This document shows, one piece after another, positions 39,337 to 50,000 of a stretch of DNA of 64,000 nt. Below the pieces are notes generated by a model that saw nothing but the letters and a program-made list of their open reading frames with translations, had not been told where the DNA came from and did no database searches. The translations under genes were made by a program, and so were the position numbers. The DNA is from a virus, in the IMG/VR virus record IMGVR_UViG_3300031688_000003, positions 1 through 64,000 of that record. One strand, 5' to 3'. Every line of letters starts with the position of its first letter. The first letter of the stretch is position 1.

Positions 39337-42300
39337 ATGATTCCTTTTAACTCTAATAAAACTGGTGGATGTGTCAATACATCATCAGATTGTGTAATTT
39401 GGCAAGGGCCTAACCTTCCGTGTATTGACTTATGTCAAGGTGATTCAATAAGTAATGTAATTGCAAAACTATGTGAAGAACTATTATCATTAAGCAGAAG
39501 TTCAGGAGGAGGTGGTGCAACATTACAATTAGCAAGAGTAAATCAAGCTGGTCTTCAAAATAAAGAAGGTCAACAAGCAAGTATTGCAAACAGTGAAACA
39601 GAACTACAGAATCTTATAATAGAGAATGTTGTTCAAGCACGTCTTGCAAATCAATCTGATTTTGATCAGGAAGATGTAAGAAATACACCAATCTCATTAC
39701 CAGAAGTATTACAGTATCAAGATCCTAATACATCAACTATAGTTAGAGCATTACCTTTACAACAATATGCTATACTATTAGGAACAAGAATTAGTCAAAC
39801 AACCTCAGAGATACTAACCTTACAAGGTCAAGTAGCAAATCATGAAGGGAGGATTGTTTCATTAGAATCTACTGAAAAAAGAAATAAACAAAATCCTACA
39901 GAAAAACAAATAGTTCCAGTATGTGTTGGGACACCAGGAAGACTAACAAATGTTAGTACAGCTTTAACTAGTTTAGAACAAGCATTCTGTGGATTACAAC
40001 AAGGGACTGGTCCTAAATCAGATTTAGCTGCATCAATTGGTTATCAAGATGCTTCATTAAATAGTCAAACAAGACTAAATGGATCAGGGACTATGTCAGC
40101 TATTACAGGATGGGTTAATAGTCCACAAAACTTAGCTCAATCATTTTCAAATGCTTGGTTGACTATTAATGATATGAGGAATGCAGTTGTAAGTTTAATT
40201 GATGATGTTATACCAACTGCGTGTAAAGACATTACATATAATTTCTTTGGTAATGTATTGGGTACAGCAGGTGCTTCAACTGGTATAAATATGAATTTCA
40301 CACAGTCATCTATTCCAAAAAGTTTTTATGACTGTGATAGATCACAAGGATCTAAGATTACAATAACAGATTCTAGTGGAAGCTCACAAACATTTCATAA
40401 ACAAATACACCAACTACAAAATACACAAGCTGGAGTTACGCTTCATACAACTTCATTAGATGCAGCAAGTCCTACATTTTCAGTAGAAACTCAGTTCTGC
40501 TTTACGAATGGGCAAGGTTCTGAATGTGCTAATACAATAACAAAATTATTAACTTCAATAGATATATGCCCAATTTTGACATTAGGAACTCCTGGATTAA
40601 CTTCTGTATCATGGACAGTTAATGCACAATACTTACCTGCAACTTATTCAGCTCAAATACAATTATTAAATAGTAAAGGTTCAGTAATTGCTAGTCAGGT
40701 TAATAATTCTCCTGGAGCTGGTTGGACAGGAAGTTTTACAGGTTTAAATGAAGGTGCAGCATATATACTTCAAATATCTTATGGTTTAACTCAAGGGGGT
40801 TCTTTTGAGCATGTCTGCCCACAACAATCATTCAACACAACAGGAACAACATGTACAGATCTTTCAGTATTAGCAGCATCATATAAATCTGTTATTACTG
40901 ATTTAAACTACAATGTAGCTGGATCATTTACACCAATTGCTTGTGATGATTTAAGAAACCCAGGAGTAAATATGGGGGATATTATACTTGCAGGATTTAC
41001 AAGTGCAGATGGAAGTGTACCTGGTGTATTAAAAAATAATACTATATGGTCAGAAAATTTAACACCATGTAGATCAGGAAAAATAAGTGCAAATGGAGTT
41101 TCAATTGATTTTAATAATCCTACTAAATCTCTAATAACAAATTCTGTTACTAAAGCAAGAGTAGATACAACTACAAATACCTTAGGGGATGGATGGAGAT
41201 ATACTGATGCTATTACATCTAGTTCTGGTGTAGCTAAATATGTTTATGCAGAAACAAATACAAATGCAGCAGCAACAATTGTACCTCAAGTATATTTCTC
41301 ATGTGTAGGTGATGAGGTTAATATAAGTCAAGCAGAATGGACTACTTGGGTACCACAATCAACAGTACAATATGGATTTAGAGCTAATTATAATTACCAA
41401 ATTGCACATGGAAATACAGTTGGATCTAGTTCATTAACATATAATGTGGGCCCTGGAAGATTTGGTACAACAACGTTTACACCAAATGTAATTCCTGCAC
41501 AAACACAACAATTTACTTATCTACCTTTACAAGGAGGTCAGCTTAAAAATACAGATTCAAATACAACAAAATTAACTATTGGTTCTAAAAATAGTGGTGA
41601 CTACGTGACTTCTATATCTAGAGGATTTAGACCTGAACATTTAGATACTGATCTTATAGTATTTATTGATACGGGTGCATATACAGAAACAGAAGGAGCA
41701 GCAATAAAAGCTTCAATGATAAATGTACACCAAAATATTGGATCTTCATGCAGTGGTTATACTGGTAAGTTATATGTCCTTCCTATAAGTAATTGTGGTT
41801 TTGCTTCTAATTTGACTCGTGGAAGTGCTAGTACATATTTATCTCATCATAAAATAATTGCTTCATTTGGAGTTGGTGTTACATTAACAACATCTGGTGC
41901 TTGGTCTACTATAACTCAAACATACTCAGCAGCAACAACACCAGTTGGATGGTGGCTTAATAAAGCTGATACAACAACTCTATCTGAACATTGTATGTTA
42001 TTCTCATTTATTGATCAAGCAGATACAGTTACATGTGAAGGTACTACTTATCCATTATATTCAACAGCAACAGCAGGAGCAGCAATGCAAGCTCCTACTA
42101 CTAGATATAAAGATGATTATGATGATGTAATGAATATTCTTGTAGATAACAACAGAAACACAACAGGTGATGCAGGAACATTTAAAGGACCAAGTACATG
42201 GGCAACTGCTGCAGCTATTAATACTGACTTTCCACTTTTACATAATGCACTATATAGATGTGATGGACATTATGTAATACCAAAACAAACTGGATTACAT

Positions 42301-42972
42301 GCTGGTGTTGATGGACAAGATAAAGCTTTAATAAGACAAACAATTTTAGCTTGTAATGCTACATCAGGTTCAGCAATACCTGCTCTTACATCAATAGAAT
42401 ATGCAGCATATAGATTTGAGTCTGTATATTTAAATGTAGAAGGTATTACAAACTGGAAAAATAACTTAATTGTAACAGCTAATCCTTATAATTCAACTGT
42501 TACTACAACAAATGCAAACTCATTAGCTCCATTAACAGATCTTAATATAACTGTTGTTCCTTACATGGATGGTTACTTTGCAATTACAGGAAATCTAAAT
42601 GATTCTTTCACAAATGAATTAAATAAGTTAACTTGTATGAGCTCAGTAACTGCAGCAAATGCTTGTCCTATTGCTGGAGTTTCAGTAACAATGGGAGGAT
42701 CAAACACTTATCAAGAAGCAACTATAGCAACAAATACTTCTGCAGGAGCATGTACAAGAGGATCAGGTGCATCAATATATAATACTACTGGTATTGAATT
42801 TGATATTACTTCTAGAGCATATAGTACATCACAAGGTGCATTAGATAAGGATTATAAATTAGAATTAATTCATGATAGATGGTATGCTAGAGCAGCTGGA
42901 GGTACAGGTTTACCAGTAGCTCAGTATTCAAGAATATATCCACATTGGAAAAACCCTACAACATGTGCTTAA
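39337..42972 (+). CDS. tail fibre/spike protein
   Basis: Cys-rich N-terminus (SSDCVIWQGPNLPC), coiled-coil segments, FN3-like repeat, Thr/Ser-rich body. Confidence 0.6.
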   Translation: MIPFNSNKTGGCVNTSSDCVIWQGPNLPCIDLCQGDSISNVIAKLCEELLSLSRSSGGGGATLQLARVNQAGLQNKEGQQASIANSETELQNLIIENVVQARLANQSDFDQEDVRNTPISLPEVLQYQDPNTSTIVRALPLQQYAILLGTRISQTTSEILTLQGQVANHEGRIVSLESTEKRNKQNPTEKQIVPVCVGTPGRLTNVSTALTSLEQAFCGLQQGTGPKSDLAASIGYQDASLNSQTRLNGSGTMSAITGWVNSPQNLAQSFSNAWLTINDMRNAVVSLIDDVIPTACKDITYNFFGNVLGTAGASTGINMNFTQSSIPKSFYDCDRSQGSKITITDSSGSSQTFHKQIHQLQNTQAGVTLHTTSLDAASPTFSVETQFCFTNGQGSECANTITKLLTSIDICPILTLGTPGLTSVSWTVNAQYLPATYSAQIQLLNSKGSVIASQVNNSPGAGWTGSFTGLNEGAAYILQISYGLTQGGSFEHVCPQQSFNTTGTTCTDLSVLAASYKSVITDLNYNVAGSFTPIACDDLRNPGVNMGDIILAGFTSADGSVPGVLKNNTIWSENLTPCRSGKISANGVSIDFNNPTKSLITNSVTKARVDTTTNTLGDGWRYTDAITSSSGVAKYVYAETNTNAAATIVPQVYFSCVGDEVNISQAEWTTWVPQSTVQYGFRANYNYQIAHGNTVGSSSLTYNVGPGRFGTTTFTPNVIPAQTQQFTYLPLQGGQLKNTDSNTTKLTIGSKNSGDYVTSISRGFRPEHLDTDLIVFIDTGAYTETEGAAIKASMINVHQNIGSSCSGYTGKLYVLPISNCGFASNLTRGSASTYLSHHKIIASFGVGVTLTTSGAWSTITQTYSAATTPVGWWLNKADTTTLSEHCMLFSFIDQADTVTCEGTTYPLYSTATAGAAMQAPTTRYKDDYDDVMNILVDNNRNTTGDAGTFKGPSTWATAAAINTDFPLLHNALYRCDGHYVIPKQTGLHAGVDGQDKALIRQTILACNATSGSAIPALTSIEYAAYRFESVYLNVEGITNWKNNLIVTANPYNSTVTTTNANSLAPLTDLNITVVPYMDGYFAITGNLNDSFTNELNKLTCMSSVTAANACPIAGVSVTMGGSNTYQEATIATNTSAGACTRGSGASIYNTTGIEFDITSRAYSTSQGALDKDYKLELIHDRWYARAAGGTGLPVAQYSRIYPHWKNPTTCA

Positions 42973-42990
42973 TAAATAAAAATAAATAAA

Positions 42991-43545
42991 ATGGGATGTA
43001 ATTGTAATTCTAGTAACTGTAAGTCAACACCTTGTGCGTGTAAAGATACAGGTTTAACAACACCATGTGCATATTCACAATGTACTGGGGTTAATGTAGA
43101 AATGTGTGCAGAATGTTTATGTGCAGAATGTATAACATGGTGTCAAAATACTATTGAAGTAAAAGATGCTAGTAATAATATATTTACTATTGCTAAAGGA
43201 GAAAGATTTTCTGCAATATTACAAAGAGTAGCTCTCTTTATAAAAAACCCAAATACTGCTACTAGTTCTATACAATATTTGTATATTGTTAATAAGACTT
43301 CTACAACAGTTACATTAGGATGGGCAGGTGTTCCCGCTTCATCAGCTTCTTTAAACGTGAAGTTCAAAATATCAACAGCAGGATCATATACAGCTGCTCC
43401 AAGTGGAACAGCTATATCAACAGCATTAGCAACATTTACTGTAACAGGTTTAACTGCTAATACTGTATATAAATTCCAAGTTGATACAAATTTAGGTGGT
43501 ACATTACACGGATCAGTAGAGACATATTGCACAACAAACCCATAG
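42991..43545 (+). CDS. Cys-rich plus FN3-domain tail-associated protein
   Basis: 12 Cys in the first 51 aa; C-terminal VTLGW...TVTGLTANTVYKFQV FN3 pattern. Confidence 0.65.
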   Translation: MGCNCNSSNCKSTPCACKDTGLTTPCAYSQCTGVNVEMCAECLCAECITWCQNTIEVKDASNNIFTIAKGERFSAILQRVALFIKNPNTATSSIQYLYIVNKTSTTVTLGWAGVPASSASLNVKFKISTAGSYTAAPSGTAISTALATFTVTGLTANTVYKFQVDTNLGGTLHGSVETYCTTNP

Positions 43546-43586
43546 CGAGAGGAGTAGTGTTTTGTTGGTTTCATTGCACGCTTGCT
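43544..43586 (+). ncRNA. candidate structured RNA hairpin upstream of the terminator
   Basis: Two stacked stems (AGCGAG/CTTGCT and GTAGTG/CATTGC) with a 12-nt loop TTTTGTTGGTTT. Confidence 0.35.
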
Positions 43587-43625
43587 GAGAAGGTCCTATG
43601 AAAATGGGGCCTTTTCTATTTTATA
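43587..43625 (+). terminator. intrinsic terminator ending the tail-fibre block
   Basis: GAGAAGGTCCTA-TGAAAA-TGGGGCCTTTTC stem with G-U pairs, then T-rich. Confidence 0.7.
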
Positions 43626-43637
43626 TGTTTTTTTTTA

Positions 43638-43645
43638 TATCTTTG
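43638..43645 (+). promoter_or_regulatory. Bacteroidota sigma70 -7 element TATCTTTG
   Basis: Matches TAnnTTTG, 25 nt upstream of 43671. Confidence 0.65.
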
Positions 43646-43670
43646 TAGCACTAATCAAAATAATTTATAT

Positions 43671-44852
43671 ATGGATTCTATCCTTGAAAAAATCAAATCT
43701 TCTCTTAAATGGAAGAAGAACTCTGAGTATTGTGCAGAAAAGTTAAGCATCACAATAGATGACTATGATACATTAAAAGAATATGTAAAATCTAAAGAAC
43801 TACTAGATGATGGTGCATCATCATATGAGTATGACTTAGAAAAAGGTCAAGCAAAAATGGAGACAGTAAGTTCTACTGAACCAAAATCTCCTGAAGAAAT
43901 AATTGATATATTAAATATTGATATAACTCAGTGGAAGTTATCAAGTTATTGGAATAAACAAATGGGTGATCACTGGAGAGTTTCTGCAATGGTTACAAGA
44001 CTTAAAGATAATGATGTAGATAATGTTGCTGAATTATTAAAAGGGTTTAAACCTAAAACATATAAAGAAGTTAAAAGAATTAAAACTCCAGGTAAAATTA
44101 AAACAGCTGGGGTTTTATCATTACAGGACATACATTTTGGTAAAGAAGGGAATGATACTATAGATGAATGTTTTGAAAAAACAATTAAAGATTTAATGGA
44201 AAGAGCTTCTAGCTCACACCATATAGAAAAAATGTATTATGTGATAGGAGGTGATGTAATCAACATGGATACATGGAATGGCTCTACTACTGCAGGAACG
44301 CCTCTAGACAACTGTATGACAGCCACAGAGGCATATGTACAAGCTTTTGACGCCCTTCAGTGGAGTATTAACTACATTAAACAATTTTGTGATGAATTAC
44401 AAGTTATATATATACCAGGTAATCATGATAGATTATCATCATTTCATTTAGCTCATGCTTTATCTAAGTGTTTTGATAATCCAGAAATAGTATGGGATAC
44501 TGTTTATCTAGAAAGAAAAGTATTTGTTTATGAAGATAACTTCTTTGCATTTGAACATGGTGATGTTAATACTAAGAACTCATTACTAGTTTACTCTATG
44601 GAGTATCCAAGACAATGGGGTAAGACATTATTTAGAACATTATATACAGGACATTATCATCACAAGAAAAAAATAGAATATATAACTGAACATGAGAATA
44701 CAGGGTTCATGCTTAAAATATTACCAAGTCTTTCAAAGACAGATTATTACCATTATCATAATAAATTTATAGGTTCTAGGAGATCTGGTGTATTATCTTT
44801 ACATAGTCCTACTAAGGGTGAAATATGTGAATTAACTTATTCTCCAGAATAA
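43671..44852 (+). CDS. calcineurin-like metallophosphoesterase with N-terminal HTH-like region
   Basis: DIHFG, GGD, PGNHD, EHGD, GHYHH metal-binding motifs. Confidence 0.88.
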   Translation: MDSILEKIKSSLKWKKNSEYCAEKLSITIDDYDTLKEYVKSKELLDDGASSYEYDLEKGQAKMETVSSTEPKSPEEIIDILNIDITQWKLSSYWNKQMGDHWRVSAMVTRLKDNDVDNVAELLKGFKPKTYKEVKRIKTPGKIKTAGVLSLQDIHFGKEGNDTIDECFEKTIKDLMERASSSHHIEKMYYVIGGDVINMDTWNGSTTAGTPLDNCMTATEAYVQAFDALQWSINYIKQFCDELQVIYIPGNHDRLSSFHLAHALSKCFDNPEIVWDTVYLERKVFVYEDNFFAFEHGDVNTKNSLLVYSMEYPRQWGKTLFRTLYTGHYHHKKKIEYITEHENTGFMLKILPSLSKTDYYHYHNKFIGSRRSGVLSLHSPTKGEICELTYSPE

Positions 44853-44908
44853 TCTACTATTAAACTTTTATAAATGACTTATTTTTTGTAAATTATAACT
44901 ATATATGT

Positions 44909-45427
44909 ATGTTAAACAATTTTAAAAAACCTGATTTAAATAAACCCAGGTATAGAGAAAAAGTACATGGGCTATTAAACTCTAAAACTTTAAATGATTT
45001 TAAAGAGAAATATCCAATATATGCAGACATAGATAATGATAAACTTAAAAAGATAATTAAATGTTTCAATGGAAAAATATGGGAGAATGTAATAGATAAT
45101 AGAAATGGTGTAGAATTACCAGATAGTTTAGGATACTTGTTCATAGGAACTTGTCCATCTCCAAAGAGTGTCAATACTGATTATTCAGTTTCTAATAAGT
45201 ATGGTAAAGTAATTCAAAACAAAAACTGGGAAACCAGTGGGAACATTGCAAAGATATTCTACACAAACTATTCTACAAGATACCGTTTCAGAAACAGAGA
45301 GCTTTGGCAGTTTACAGCTATAAGACAATTTAAAAGGGCTGTTGCAAAAATATACCCTAAACAATGGAAAAATTACATTGTGATGGGTAATAAAAAAAGA
45401 GTAGCAGATATATATAAAAAGAAATAA
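44909..45427 (+). CDS. IHF/HU-like DNA-binding protein (divergent)
   Basis: Basic; KLKKIIKCFNGKIWENVI...VELPDSLGYLFI pattern; position before the ring/muzzle genes as in crAss-like phages. Confidence 0.5.
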   Translation: MLNNFKKPDLNKPRYREKVHGLLNSKTLNDFKEKYPIYADIDNDKLKKIIKCFNGKIWENVIDNRNGVELPDSLGYLFIGTCPSPKSVNTDYSVSNKYGKVIQNKNWETSGNIAKIFYTNYSTRYRFRNRELWQFTAIRQFKRAVAKIYPKQWKNYIVMGNKKRVADIYKKK

Positions 45428-45433
45428 AAAGCA

Positions 45434-46105
45434 ATGACAACTATAGGAGATATTGTATCAAGAGTTAGGAATCAGATTAAAGGTGAAGTTCAAGATGCTT
45501 TTATGACTGATAGATTTATATACAGTATGGTTATTAAATATGCTCAACTTCTAATGAGAAGACAAGACCATGCTAATAAACTAATGAAATTTAATAGTGT
45601 TTGGCAAACTCTACCTTTTCTTGAACTTATAGATGTTGATAAGGTTGAGGCAGAGTGTAGTGGTATTCAGAGTGGAATTACAATCAAAAGAACAAAAGAA
45701 AAACTACCTACATTCTTTGAGGGATATTGGGGACCACTCATTAGGACCGTATCATCTATTGATGGCTCTATTGAATGTCAACCAACACAACCTGGTACTT
45801 TTACATCTATGAGTAAAACTACTTCCTTTAAGTATAACAAAAGAAAATATTTCTGGTTCTTGAATGATTATCTATACTTACCTAATGTGTATTGGGATGC
45901 AATAAAACTTGAAGGAGTTTTTGAAAAAGATATATCTAGTTTTACATGTGATACTAGTGATGATTGTTTACCAAGATATAAACAGCAAATTAATATTCCT
46001 GAATTTCTTTATGCAGAAATTGAACAACAAGTTCTTACAGTTATGTTACAAAGAATAAATATTCCAGCTGACGATTCAGATAACAAGAAAAACCCCCATA
46101 GATAA
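45434..46105 (+). CDS. tail ring/tubular protein
   Basis: MTTIGDIVSRVRNQIK N-terminal helix; synteny before the muzzle. Confidence 0.55.
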   Translation: MTTIGDIVSRVRNQIKGEVQDAFMTDRFIYSMVIKYAQLLMRRQDHANKLMKFNSVWQTLPFLELIDVDKVEAECSGIQSGITIKRTKEKLPTFFEGYWGPLIRTVSSIDGSIECQPTQPGTFTSMSKTTSFKYNKRKYFWFLNDYLYLPNVYWDAIKLEGVFEKDISSFTCDTSDDCLPRYKQQINIPEFLYAEIEQQVLTVMLQRINIPADDSDNKKNPHR

Positions 46106-47022
46106 TGAGTTTATCACATAAATATAGAACATTTGATCAACTTCTTGAAGATGTATCAGTAGACTTTTCTACATATGCATTAGAAGGAATGATAGAACCT
46201 CAACAATTAATTAAAGTTGCACAACGTGTTAACTATGATCTAGGTTTAAAGATACATCAAAGTAGAGAAACTATAATTGATGCTGAACATAATAAAGCAC
46301 AACTTCCTTCTGATTTTACTACACTTAACTATGCATTTGTTTGTAGTGATTATAGAGTTGTAAACTCTCAACCATCAGGTACACACACTGATACTACACA
46401 ACCAAAATGGGTTCCAGATCCTGGACAACCAAACCAATGTGAAAATCCAGCAGATTGTAAAGGTGTATGTGTAATTAAAACATGTCCTAAAGATGATGGT
46501 AGAGGAAGTACTACATATGGTGGTGGATATGTTGTATTGCAGAGATTAAATCCTGAAACATATAGAGAGTTTTCATCCTTCTTTCCATTACGTATTACAA
46601 ATACAAGTAATGTAAGTTGTGAGTGTCCCAATTTAAATACACAATCTCCTAATGTAGCTGAAATACAAGATGGATATTTATTAACTACATTTACAACAGG
46701 TAAAATATATATAAGTTATCAAGGATCACTAGAAAATAATGATGGTGACTTATTAGTTCTTGATCATCCTTATTGTAATGAGTATTATGAATATGCCCTT
46801 AAAGAGAGAATATTAGAAAATATGTTATTTGCTGGAGAGAATGTTGCACAGCAATTAGGATTGATTCAGGGTAAATTAAAAGCATCAAGGAATAACGCAT
46901 TGAGTTTTGTTAACACACCAGACTTTGAAGAAATGAGAAAACTATGGACTGTAAATAGAAGAGCACAAATGCACAACTATTATGATATGTTTAGAAGTGA
47001 TGCCCCAAACCCTAGATCATAA
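46105..47022 (+). CDS. tail ring/tubular protein (P22 gp4-like)
   Basis: Directly upstream of the stabilisation protein; YCNEYYEYALKERILE C-terminal helix. Confidence 0.55.
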   Translation: MSLSHKYRTFDQLLEDVSVDFSTYALEGMIEPQQLIKVAQRVNYDLGLKIHQSRETIIDAEHNKAQLPSDFTTLNYAFVCSDYRVVNSQPSGTHTDTTQPKWVPDPGQPNQCENPADCKGVCVIKTCPKDDGRGSTTYGGGYVVLQRLNPETYREFSSFFPLRITNTSNVSCECPNLNTQSPNVAEIQDGYLLTTFTTGKIYISYQGSLENNDGDLLVLDHPYCNEYYEYALKERILENMLFAGENVAQQLGLIQGKLKASRNNALSFVNTPDFEEMRKLWTVNRRAQMHNYYDMFRSDAPNPRS

Positions 47023-47033
47023 CTAATTGAAAA

Positions 47034-50000
47034 ATGGCTAAAAAACAAACTCCAAACCCATCATTACCACAACAGACTTCATCAACAGAATCTAATCTGT
47101 TTATGAAAGGAATGATAAAGGACACCTTCCCTTCTATATCTGGAAAAGAAGTATGGGAACATGCTATAAATGTTATTAATAATTCAATTGATGGTGACAC
47201 TGGAGTTATAGGAAATGAACCAGCAAATTTTGAATGTGCAGAAATTCCATATACTATAATAGGGTCAATACATATTTATGGTGATCATTGGGCTATTTTT
47301 TCTACAGATGACTTTTCCTCTGAGATAGGTACATTTGATGATAGTAAATGTGAATATACAAGATTAATAAATGATCAATGTTTAAACTTCAACAGGGAAC
47401 ATTTAATAATAGGAGCTGCTAAAGAAAACTTTGAATGCAAGTATCAAATATATTGGGATGATTCAGTAAATCCATCTAGAACTTTAACACTAGAAGATCC
47501 TCCATATTTAAGAATTGAAGTATCTGGACCAAGTTTAAATGGTGCTCCTTGTTCTATATATGAAAACATACAACCACTTACACTAGATTGTGAAAGAATA
47601 AGACTAGCCCCTTTAATTGATACACCATGTTTAGATCTTCAAAAAGCTCCAGAAGGTGGTTCATTAAGAAATGGTATGTATCAAGCTTTTATTGCTTATA
47701 CTATTAATGAACAAGTATATGGAGACTTTATTGGTATTTCAAATCAACAGTCTTTATTTGAACATGATGATAGTGCAGGCTCTTTAATACTAACTTTATC
47801 ACACCTAGATAAAAACTTTGATAATTATAAACTTGTAATTTTAGGTAATAATCAAGAAGAATTTAAATTTTCTGAAGTTGGTGAGTATAGTACAGAACAA
47901 ACAACTATTAAACTAGATTATCTTGATCAAAAATTAAAGTCTGTTCCTACTGAGTATATGAATAAATTAACACCTGCATTAGAAAAGTCAAAAGGTATGT
48001 TTGTTGTCAATGACTATTTAGTTAGAACACAACCTACAAATCAATTTGATTTTAATTATCAACCTCTTGCAAATAGAATAGCTTGTAACTGGACATCTGT
48101 AGAATATCCAGCAGATTATTATTATAATGGAGGTAATAAACCAACATTCCTAAGAGACGAAAGATATGCATTCTTTATAAGATTCATATACAATACGGGT
48201 GAACGCTCATCATCATACCACATACCAGGAAGAGCTGCTACATACTATAGTGGAAGTGGTGTGTCTATGTTAGAAACTGATGTTATACCTGGAGATCCTA
48301 ATGCATTAGATCCTACTGATCAAATATTTAAGGTGCATAATACAGCATTTGTTTCACAATTAAATGTAAATACAGTACAACCTGATGGTGGAATTCTCAG
48401 GACTAGAGGTGAAATGGGCTATTGGGAATCAACAGAATTATATCCGCAAGATGCAGTTAGGTGGGGGGATCTGTGTGGTATGCCAATTAGACACCATAAG
48501 ATGCCTGATGAAAACACAGCTAATAATGGTACAACTGACAGAGCAACTCCAGGTGGAACTGGTATATATAATATTGCTGTAGAATTTACAGGTATACCAT
48601 GGCCAAGAGATAATGCAGGTAATCTAATACCTAACATTGTTGGTTATGAATTTTTAGTAGGATCAAGAGAAGGACATAAGTCTATTTTAGGAAAAGGTAT
48701 TCTTAAAAACATGGAACAATATATACCTTCTGATCCATCAGCAAGTGACGGATCTACATCTTTCTTTATACCTAATTATCCATATAATGATTTAACATCT
48801 GATCCATATATAAAAGGTCCTGGTGGTGGAGGTAGTGTAGGTTATGATAGTTGGTCAGGACTTGGTTATGAAGATTGGCTTCAAGGATGTGATAATCCAA
48901 CAGGTCCCTATAATAGATATTCAAATAGTGTATTTACATTTCATTCTCCAGATTTAATGTTTAATAGACCTTTCTTAAATGCATATGAATTAAAGTCATA
49001 TGGTGTTATATCAGGAACTCAAACAGGAAGATTTAAACCTTCAGAAAAACATCCAGGAGAAAAACTATTAAGAAACTCAACAGCTGTACTTGCAGCCTTC
49101 ATAGGTGTAGGATATGCTATATATGCCATGAGAGGTTCTACAGACCAAAAGATGACTACAGGACGTGTTCTGGATATGGGTTATAGAGAAGAAGGAGAAA
49201 TTACAAAACGTAGTGGAAATAATGGTACTTTTAGTGGAGGTGGTGCTTGGACAAATTTGGCTGGTTCATCTTATAATACAGGAACTTGGACTGGAGCAGG
49301 TGGTGGTAAAGGTACATTTAATGCATCAGCACCTAATAATGATAGGTGGCAATGGACTAGTGCTAATCAAATATCTGCAGCAAATAGAGCAAATTCACCT
49401 GGTACAGGTACTTATGATACTGCAGCCAATGGTTTGTTTCTTGGTTTAGGAGGAATTACTGGTGGAGCTGCATCAAATAAAGCAGGTGCTGTAACATGGC
49501 AAGCTGCACAAGCTACTAACTGGCAAGGTCAAGCTGGATCAATAGGACCTGGTCAAGAGATAGTTCAAAAAGGTACAAAGTTTAGTAATAAACCTTTTTG
49601 GATGGGTTTAATCAGTGGTGCACAAGAATTTATGAATTTTGTATCAACTGGTGGTCAAGAAATTATTGATTTAATTTATAATTTAACAAGCTTCAAACAA
49701 TATGTTTATAAATATAATAGTCATGGTTGGTACAGAAACATGTCAGCAAATCCAAATGGATCAATATTTAGACACTCCGTAAATAAATCAAGGTATTTAA
49801 ATGGTGCTATTTCTCAACTCACCCCAAGCATTAGAATTAATAATTTAAATAGACCTTTAACTGTAGCAGTTGAACTTGAAACTAATGGTAATGTAGATGT
49901 AAATGGACTACCCACTTCTAGTTTACCTTTACCTACGGGAGATAATTCTAAATATACTATAGGTACTGCACCAGGACAATGTGATTGGACTAACCCAGGA

